A DNA stretch of 64,000 nucleotides, from assembly GCA_902522015.1 (NCBI GenBank), contig CABYTX010000001.1, forward strand, positions 5,003 to 69,002, in the 5' to 3' direction. A program made the translations under genes and the position numbers. A model generated the notes under the pieces. The model worked only from the letters and a program-made list of their open reading frames with translations, had not been told where the DNA came from and searched no databases. Of the stretch, positions 58,004 to 64,000 are shown in pieces. The stretch comes from an uncultured Alphaproteobacteria bacterium (GTDB lineage Bacteria; Pseudomonadota; Alphaproteobacteria; HIMB59; GCA-002718135). Each line of letters starts with the position of its first letter. The first letter of the stretch is position 1.

Positions 58004-59314
58004 TTACTTAATTGCGTCCCAACTATCTTGGATCGCATCTGCTACATCTTGGGCAGATTTTCCGTTAGTATAGTCAACCATACCAGTCCAGAAAGTTCCA
58101 GCACCAATAGCACCAGGCATTAAGTCTGACGCATCAAATCTAAATGTTGTTGCGCCTGTTAGAATTTCACCTAGTTTTCTAAATGTATCACTAGCATATT
58201 TGCTTCCATCAACGCCTTTATGAGGTGTTAGGAAGCCACCTTTAGCCATCCAATATTCATGAGCTTCAGGATGCATTAAGAATTTAATGAACTCTATAGT
58301 TGCTTGGTTATCATTAGTAGCAGCTACTAGTGTACCAGCTCCAAGTACAGGAGTTCCTAAATCTTTAGTTGCATATGCAGGGAAATAAAAGAAATCATAA
58401 TCAACACCAGCTTCTACACCTTCAGGGAAGAATGCAGGAATAAAACTAGCTTGTCTATGCATCATACACTCTGCAGGTGAAGTGAAAAGTCCGTTTGGAG
58501 CATCTCTAAAATCAGTAGTTGCTACTGCTTTAGAACCACCATTCACAAACTTGTCATTTAATGCAAAAGTTCCAAAGAAATTCATTGCTTCAATAACTCT
58601 TGGGTCATTAAAAGGCATTTCATTAGATACCCACATGTCATAAACATCAGGTGTATGCGTTCTTAGCATGATATCTTCCATCCAGTCAGTTGCAGGCCAA
58701 CCTGTAGCTGCACCTGAGCCTAGACCAATACACCACGGAGTATTTCCATCAGATGCCATTTGTCTTGTTAGTGCAATTAGTTCTTCCATAGTCCCTGGAA
58801 CTTCATAACCATTATCTTCAAAGTTATCTGGTGAATACCAAACTAAACTTTTTACGTTTGTTCTAAAGAAAATTGCATTAAACTGATCATTACCGTTTTC
58901 ATCTGCATAAGTTGAAAGATCTACCCATGATTGACCAGCAGCATAGTTATCTAAAACCATTTGCTTAATATCATTTCCAAGAGGAACTAATCCTCCCATT
59001 GCTGCAGCATTTGCAGCAAGTCCTGGTTGTGGAAATACAACTAGATCCGCTGCACTTCCAGCTTTTAAATCGATCATAACTTGTTGTTCAAAACTATCTG
59101 AACCACCATATTCAAATGTAGCTCCTGTAGCTTTTTCAAATATAGCACCAACTTCTCTCATTGTTTCTTGTTCAGGTGATAACCAAGGACCAAACATAAC
59201 TACCTTTTGTCCACTTAGATCTGGACCAGTATATTTGTGACCTCCAGCATAAGCTGAAAAACTTAGAAATAATGAAGAAACTAATACTATTAGACTTTTA
59301 ATTGAGTATTTCAT
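58004..59314 (-). CDS. Periplasmic substrate-binding protein (SBP family 1; UgpB-like)
   Basis: 437 aa from the ATG at 59314 ('MKYSIKSLIVLVSSLFLSFSAYA' signal peptide), which is preceded by AGGAGG. The ORF-track TTG at 59365 would run into the promoter repeats. Confidence 0.85.
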   Translation of the reverse strand: MKYSIKSLIVLVSSLFLSFSAYAGGHKYTGPDLSGQKVVMFGPWLSPEQETMREVGAIFEKATGATFEYGGSDSFEQQVMIDLKAGSAADLVVFPQPGLAANAAAMGGLVPLGNDIKQMVLDNYAAGQSWVDLSTYADENGNDQFNAIFFRTNVKSLVWYSPDNFEDNGYEVPGTMEELIALTRQMASDGNTPWCIGLGSGAATGWPATDWMEDIMLRTHTPDVYDMWVSNEMPFNDPRVIEAMNFFGTFALNDKFVNGGSKAVATTDFRDAPNGLFTSPAECMMHRQASFIPAFFPEGVEAGVDYDFFYFPAYATKDLGTPVLGAGTLVAATNDNQATIEFIKFLMHPEAHEYWMAKGGFLTPHKGVDGSKYASDTFRKLGEILTGATTFRFDASDLMPGAIGAGTFWTGMVDYTNGKSAQDVADAIQDSWDAIK

Positions 59315-59318
59315 TAAT

Positions 59319-59324
59319 CCTCCT
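59319..59324 (-). promoter_or_regulatory. Consensus Shine-Dalgarno AGGAGG, 4 nt upstream of the SBP start
   Basis: The minus strand reads 'ttAGGAGGattaATG', read directly. Confidence 0.7.
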
Positions 59325-59355
59325 AATTTATAAAGAACAAATATCCCATCATCGC

Positions 59356-59379
59356 TTATTGTCAATTTATAATAATTTT
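59356..59379 (-). repeat. Proximal copy of a 24-nt direct repeat containing TTGACA, upstream of the SBP gene
   Basis: Plus strand 'TTAtTGTCAATTTAtAATAATTTT'. The minus strand carries 'AAAATTATTATAAATTGACA'. Confidence 0.7.
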
Positions 59380-59392
59380 CTGATGTTGATTT

Positions 59393-59416
59393 TTACTGTC
59401 AATTTACAATAATTTT
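59393..59416 (-). repeat. Distal copy of the 24-nt direct repeat
   Basis: Plus strand 'TTAcTGTCAATTTAcAATAATTTT'. 22 of 24 positions match the proximal copy, and the period is 37 nt. Confidence 0.7.
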
Positions 59417-59470
59417 AAATTTTTTTAGTTTTGAACAATAATAAACCTTAAATTTATCTTAGATATTTAT

Positions 59471-60466
59471 TTATGATGGTACAATTTTAGCAATATAATA
59501 GGAATTATCCTTATGCTGTCTAATAATTGCTGGTATAATTTCCTTATATGCATCGTATAAACTAGTGTTTGCTTTAGGTAATTGATCTTTAATTAGATTA
59601 CTTAATTTTGGTAAGTTATATGACGGTACGGAAGGAAACATATGATGCTCTACATGATATTCCATATGCCAATAAAGAAAACTAAATATAGGATTGAAGC
59701 GAACAGACCTAGTAGTGTATCTGTGGTCTTTGATATTTTCTGGTAATCCAATATGCTGAGTCATATTAAATATATTTATTATATTTCCCCAGTATCTAGG
59801 AAAAAATATTAATAATGCAGGAAGAGGGTTCATTAAATAAAATGATAAAGCAAAAGAGGCGATCCATAAAGAAACATGTATTCTTGAAATAAGACGACAT
59901 TTCCAAATCTCATCTTGAGGAATACATTCCTTCATAACAGGTGTAGTCAATCCTAACGCGTGCTTTATAGTTTCAAATTTAAAGGAGTCCTTGAACTTAA
60001 TAAGTTCATAGAACGGAGCAAAACTAAAAAGGAAACTTTTTAGACTTGGATACTCATGGAACAGTGCTGCTTCAAAATCATGAGGGTCAGCAACAGAAGA
60101 GGTATTGCTATGGTGTCTAAAATGACTCCAAGTCCATCTAGTTGGTTCAAAGTCAGTCATAAAAGAACCAATTTGATAAAAAAATTCATTTAAAAATTTT
60201 GATTTAAACGCAGTTCTATGTCCGCATTCATGCCAAATTGGGTTACTGGAATAGAAAAGAACACCGTAAAGCCATAACCATAAAACTGCCCACCATGTTC
60301 CCCAACTAGCTACAGACATATATCCAAAAATAAATAAAAGAATAAAATATATAGTTACATGCTGTAATCCTTTTAGATCACTTTTTTTTGATAACTCTTT
60401 AAGATCTTTTTTACTTATATCGGCTCTAAACCATTTGTCATCGACATTATCTAATTTTTCTGACAT
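59471..60466 (-). CDS. Membrane fatty-acid desaturase family protein (di-iron, three His boxes)
   Basis: 331 aa with His boxes 'HECGH', 'HFRHH' and 'HVEHH' and hydrophobic spans between them. Confidence 0.8.
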   Translation of the reverse strand: MSEKLDNVDDKWFRADISKKDLKELSKKSDLKGLQHVTIYFILLFIFGYMSVASWGTWWAVLWLWLYGVLFYSSNPIWHECGHRTAFKSKFLNEFFYQIGSFMTDFEPTRWTWSHFRHHSNTSSVADPHDFEAALFHEYPSLKSFLFSFAPFYELIKFKDSFKFETIKHALGLTTPVMKECIPQDEIWKCRLISRIHVSLWIASFALSFYLMNPLPALLIFFPRYWGNIINIFNMTQHIGLPENIKDHRYTTRSVRFNPIFSFLYWHMEYHVEHHMFPSVPSYNLPKLSNLIKDQLPKANTSLYDAYKEIIPAIIRQHKDNSYYIAKIVPS

Positions 60467-60527
60467 TAGTTTTTCTTTATAAAACTATTATGAGATTTAA
60501 AAGAAAAATATTAACTATTTTGTCTCA

Positions 60528-61583
60528 CTAAATGTCAACCCATCTTCCAATTTCATTACTTTCTATACATTTGTCAATTATATTTTGAATTTTTGCACCT
60601 TGATAAAAATCGGGCTGCATATTCAAGTTTGTTTTTATTGACTCTATAAAGTTTTGATAATTACTTGGAGTTTTTGGACATTCAATTGTATCCCAAGCCA
60701 TTTTATTGATATTTTCGTCAATACAAATATGCAATGTAGACCACTTAGTCCTTTCCTCATCTAGTTCAACTTTTAAAGCACCTTTTGTACAAAATACTTC
60801 TAGAATTAAAGAGTTTGCATGTCCAGTTGCATATCTTGTATTAGTTATTGTACCGATAGCTCCATTTTCAAATCTAACTAATGAATTGAAACCATCATTA
60901 GCATCTAATGTATATTCTTTTATTTTATTTCCTTTATCGAAGTAAGTTTTTAAATCAGTACATATTTCTTTTATGTCACCTACAGCATTAACAGCAAAAT
61001 CAAAAATATGAACACCTGTATCTCCTAAAGCACCGTTACTTCCATGTTTCGTTGATAGTCTCCACAGCCATTTGTCTTCCTCTCTCCAATCACCCCATTT
61101 ATTACTTGTAAGCCAGGACTGATAATAACAAGCACTGACATGTCTAGGATTTCCTATTTCTCCAGATTTTAATAATTGAACTAATTTTTGATATGCGCTC
61201 GACTCTCTATAAGTAAAATTAACCATATTAATTTTTTTAGATTGAACTGCTGCATTTACCATATCTTTTGCATCACTATAATTTTCAGCAAGTGGTTTTT
61301 CACAAAAAACATTATAACCACTTTTTAAAATTTGCAGCGTAGTCTCTTTATGAAACTTATCAGGTGTTGTGTTGCTAATACCATCAAAAGTTTTTTCTTT
61401 TTCAAGCATTTCTTCTAAACTCAAATAACCTCTGATATCTGAATCTTTATTATTTGATAAAAATATTTCTAAATTTTTTTGATTTGTATCACAAACAGCT
61501 TCAACATTGACATTTGGCATATTGTTAAATTCATCAAGGTGTCTTGAAGAGATATTTCCTGTTCCAACAATACCAATTTTCAT
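60528..61583 (-). CDS. Gfo/Idh/MocA family oxidoreductase (ThuB-like partner of ThuA)
   Basis: 351 aa with 'GIVGTGNISSRH' and 'FCEKPL'. Confidence 0.85.
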   Translation of the reverse strand: MKIGIVGTGNISSRHLDEFNNMPNVNVEAVCDTNQKNLEIFLSNNKDSDIRGYLSLEEMLEKEKTFDGISNTTPDKFHKETTLQILKSGYNVFCEKPLAENYSDAKDMVNAAVQSKKINMVNFTYRESSAYQKLVQLLKSGEIGNPRHVSACYYQSWLTSNKWGDWREEDKWLWRLSTKHGSNGALGDTGVHIFDFAVNAVGDIKEICTDLKTYFDKGNKIKEYTLDANDGFNSLVRFENGAIGTITNTRYATGHANSLILEVFCTKGALKVELDEERTKWSTLHICIDENINKMAWDTIECPKTPSNYQNFIESIKTNLNMQPDFYQGAKIQNIIDKCIESNEIGRWVDI

Positions 61584-61584
61584 T

Positions 61585-62370
61585 TTATTTTTCTTCTGTT
61601 GGATGTCCTACACTAAAACCTTTCTTACTAATCTTTTCAATAGGTTTTGGTCTATTACTTTTTGGAGTTGGAGAATGTATATCTTCCCACAAAACTTTAT
61701 TTTTCTGTTTTACAAAATGTATTGCGTTTTTAATTACGATTTGCACATTTATATTATGATAAGTTGGATATGCTTCATGACCTGGTCGAAAATAAAATAT
61801 TTGACCATTTCCTCTTCTATATAATAATCCTGATCTAAAAGTTTCTCCTCCTTCAAACCAACTAGTAAAAAGTGTTTCATCTGGAGATGGAACCTGAAAA
61901 GGCTCACCATACATTTCTTCCATTTCTAGTTCAAAATATGGCTCTAAACCCTCACAGATAGGATGACCAGGATTACATATCCATAATCTTTCTTTTTCAC
62001 CGAATTCTCTCCACGTCAAATTACAATTAGTGCCCATTAATCTTTTAAATATCTTAGAATGATGTCCGGAATGTAATATTATTAAGCCCATTCCTTCAAG
62101 AACTCGTCGTTGTACTAAATCAACTGTCTTATCAAGTACTTCGTCATGTGCTTTGTGACCCCACCAAATAACAACATCACAATTTTTTAATAATTCCTCA
62201 CTTAATCCATTTTGATCTTCTTTGAGCGTAGCGGTTTTAATTTTTAAACTATTATCAGTTGATAAAAAATCTTTTATGCAGCCATGAATACCATTAGGAT
62301 AAATTTTTTTAACTTCTTCATTTTCTACTTCATGAATATTTTCATTCCAAATTATAATATTAGTCATCAA
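61585..62370 (-). CDS. ThuA (trehalose utilisation) domain protein
   Basis: 261 aa. 'NIIIWNENIHE' and 'DVVIWWGHKAHDEV' match the ThuA-domain pattern as I remember it. Confidence 0.7.
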   Translation of the reverse strand: MMTNIIIWNENIHEVENEEVKKIYPNGIHGCIKDFLSTDNSLKIKTATLKEDQNGLSEELLKNCDVVIWWGHKAHDEVLDKTVDLVQRRVLEGMGLIILHSGHHSKIFKRLMGTNCNLTWREFGEKERLWICNPGHPICEGLEPYFELEMEEMYGEPFQVPSPDETLFTSWFEGGETFRSGLLYRRGNGQIFYFRPGHEAYPTYHNINVQIVIKNAIHFVKQKNKVLWEDIHSPTPKSNRPKPIEKISKKGFSVGHPTEEK

Positions 62371-62373
62371 GTA

Positions 62374-63348
62374 CTATCTAACTCTTTCTCCGTGCAACCG
62401 ATGTCCTAGTAATGCTAGTAATATGATTAATCCATTAAAGAATTGTCTCCACTCACCACTCCAGCCAATGGCAATAATTCCTATTTCCATATAGGCAATT
62501 ATACCAACACCGAACACTGCTCCAATAATAGTTCCTAACCCACCCCAGTAAGGAGTGCCGCCAACAAAAACAGCTGCTAAAGCAAGCAATAAATAACCAA
62601 ATCCTTGAGTAGGGAAAAATGTATAAGTAATCATTGTCGTAAAAATTCCACCAATAGCAGAGCCAATACCTACAAACATGAACGCTTTAATCTTAACGGC
62701 ATTTACATTAATACCCATCTGTTCTGCGCTAACAGAATTATCACCTACATGCTGAATATGAATACCAAAAACATGTTTGTTAAAAAAATAATAGCAAAAA
62801 ATTACAAATATTGCTGCCCAAAAAATTTGCATTGGGAAGCCATAAAAATTTCCAACTAAAAGAGGGTAAATCCAGTGGCTATCTATTTCCATAATCGTAA
62901 TTGATCTGCTGTTAGATAATAAGAGTATTACACCTCTCAGTAAAAATAATACTCCAAGAGATGCAACAAGAGAGGAAAGTCTAAATACAACAATTAATGT
63001 TCCAACGAGAGCACCAATAGCTGCTCCAGTAAAAATACCAAGTACTAAACAAATAGCTGGATCAACTCCATTTTTAACAAGTAAAGCAAATACGTAAGCT
63101 GCTACTGCGTAAGTAGAGGCAAAGGAAAGATCTATTTCACCAGATGCAACTAGAAAAACTAATGGTATAGTTAAAAATATCAAAGTTGGCATCATTACAA
63201 ATACTGATTGATGAAGGTTAGGTCTTATCCAAGCTTCTGGTGCACCTACTAAAAAAATTACCATTAAAAGTACAAAATATCCAATGCTTCCTAAAGCTCT
63301 TCCATTTCTGTGAAAGTAATTACTTAAATATGAATTATTATTACTCAT
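62374..63348 (-). CDS. CUT2 (ribose/fructose-type) ABC transporter permease
   Basis: 324 aa with many Gly/Ala-rich TM segments and RbsC/FrcC-like organisation. Confidence 0.85.
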   Translation of the reverse strand: MSNNNSYLSNYFHRNGRALGSIGYFVLLMVIFLVGAPEAWIRPNLHQSVFVMMPTLIFLTIPLVFLVASGEIDLSFASTYAVAAYVFALLVKNGVDPAICLVLGIFTGAAIGALVGTLIVVFRLSSLVASLGVLFLLRGVILLLSNSRSITIMEIDSHWIYPLLVGNFYGFPMQIFWAAIFVIFCYYFFNKHVFGIHIQHVGDNSVSAEQMGINVNAVKIKAFMFVGIGSAIGGIFTTMITYTFFPTQGFGYLLLALAAVFVGGTPYWGGLGTIIGAVFGVGIIAYMEIGIIAIGWSGEWRQFFNGLIILLALLGHRLHGERVR

Positions 63349-64000
63349 TAGTGTGCTCCTATAGTATCTCTCATTATTTTCATGAGTTCTTCAGGAGTAG
63401 ATATGTCATTCTTATTGAGTTGATGAACAACTTCTCCTCTATCTAAAATTACAAATCTATCTGATATGTCGTATACATGATAAATATTATGACCAATAAA
63501 TAGAACAGATCTATTTGATTTTTTTACATTTAAGACAAAATCAAAAACTTTCTGTGTTTCATTAAGAGATAAGTTATTTGTTGGCTCATCAAGAACTATT
63601 AATTCTGCTTTATTATAAATTGCTCTTGCAATTGCTACGCCTTGTCTTTCACCTCCAGATAAATTCCCAACTGGAGATTCAGCATTTATTAATTTTGATG
63701 TAAAACCTATTTCTCTAATTAACCTATTTGCTTCAAAAATTTGTTCTTTTTCTTTTATAAAACCAAATGGATATCGAAGTTCCTTACCCATAAAAATATT
63801 TTTAACTATCGATTGTTGTGGAGTTAAAGCTCTATCTTGAAAAACAGTTTCTATACCAGACTCTCTAGCCTTGAGTGCATTCCAAGCGTTTACTTTTTTT
63901 CCTCTTATAAGTATATCACCTTCGTCAGGACTATAAACACCTACTAGTGTTTTAATTAATGTTGATTTACCTGCGCCATTATCACCAATTAAACCTACAA
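63348..64000 (-). CDS. CUT2 sugar ABC transporter ATP-binding protein, 5' end cut by the window edge
   Basis: The ORF-track entry 63348-63791 starts at an internal Met. I translated upstream to position 64000 in the same frame and obtained '...GLIGDNGAGKSTLIKTLVGVYSPDEGDILIRGK...' (Walker A). Signature 'LSGGERQGVAIARA', Walker B 'LIVLDEPT'. Confidence 0.85.
   Translation of the reverse strand, partial: VGLIGDNGAGKSTLIKTLVGVYSPDEGDILIRGKKVNAWNALKARESGIETVFQDRALTPQQSIVKNIFMGKELRYPFGFIKEKEQIFEANRLIREIGFTSKLINAESPVGNLSGGERQGVAIARAIYNKAELIVLDEPTNNLSLNETQKVFDFVLNVKKSNRSVLFIGHNIYHVYDISDRFVILDRGEVVHQLNKNDISTPEELMKIMRDTIGAH

Noticed and set aside
13234-59365. 5' extensions in the ORF track that begin at TTG codons: 13234, 19288, 23839, 42015, 55763, 59365.
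   Set aside because: Each extension overlaps an upstream gene or a promoter or SD region. A downstream ATG or GTG gives a family-typical N-terminus (signal peptide, GxGxxG, 'MA..I' of MalK-type) or is preceded by a strong SD.
4843-63446. Many 60-105-aa ORFs in the supplied track lie antisense to, or out of frame within, long genes. Examples: 4843-5085, 5352-5552, 13287-13559, 14574-14843, 22853-23119, 24614-24925, 33376-33642, 36150-36357, 61507-61824, 62605-62859, 63240-63446.
   Set aside because: They are fully embedded in confidently assigned CDS. They have low-complexity Leu/Phe/Ile/Lys-rich translations typical of random frames in AT-rich DNA, and they show no start or SD context.
1-64000. 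I looked for CRISPR arrays, tandem repeats, tRNA/rRNA genes, transposases, integrases, phage genes or defence-system genes.
   Set aside because: I found no spaced direct-repeat arrays and no RNA-gene-sized conserved non-coding blocks. Every long ORF except the two at 15013-17363 is assignable to a metabolic or transport family.

Overview
The window is AT-rich and almost entirely coding. I call about 58 CDS and found no rRNA, tRNA, CRISPR array, transposase, integrase or recognisable transcription factor. The composition and gene content fit a streamlined marine alphaproteobacterium of the Pelagibacterales type, but that is inference only.

Gene content by region:
- 110-15016: an N-osmolyte / guanidino / N-methyl amino-acid catabolic island. 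It holds an AGAT-like amidinotransferase, an EutA/EutB/EutC-like trio, an atypical PLP enzyme, an M20D amidohydrolase, a creatinase-like M24 protein, a proline-racemase-family protein, soxBDAG and a DoeA-like ectoine hydrolase.
- 15013-19264: two proteins I cannot place in any family, a divergent non-canonical M19 dipeptidase homologue, and an EamA transporter.
- 19330-30537: a PotABCD-type ABC transporter with gamma-glutamylation-type amine catabolism genes (PuuA/PuuB/PuuC-like, a second ALDH, an Fe-ADH).
- 30540-37040: sugar or cyclitol dehydratase and dehydrogenase genes plus a gamma-butyrobetaine-hydroxylase-like dioxygenase.
- 37037-51339: an amino-sugar cluster with galK-like, GH20, nagA and AgaS-like genes, a CUT1 ABC transporter with tandemly duplicated MalG-type permeases, a GMC oxidoreductase, an enolase-superfamily enzyme and a HAD phosphatase.
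- 51340-64000: small miscellaneous genes, a short glpD, a Ugp-like transporter, a membrane desaturase, a ThuA/Gfo pair, and the start of a CUT2 sugar transporter cut by the window edge.

Most noteworthy observations:
- the orphan 554-aa + ~230-aa gene pair next to the degenerate M19 homologue;
- the split, incomplete ectoine-type pathway interleaved with unusual enzymes;
- a 242-bp, 98.8 % identical tract inside otherwise ~75 % identical tandem permease paralogues;
- strong SD sites and hairpin terminators framing the binding-protein genes;
- a C-terminally short glpD followed by the only large non-coding gap;
- extreme compaction, with five convergent gene pairs sharing 4-nt overlapping stop codons.

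All family assignments rest on motifs read by eye from the supplied translations. No database search was run.
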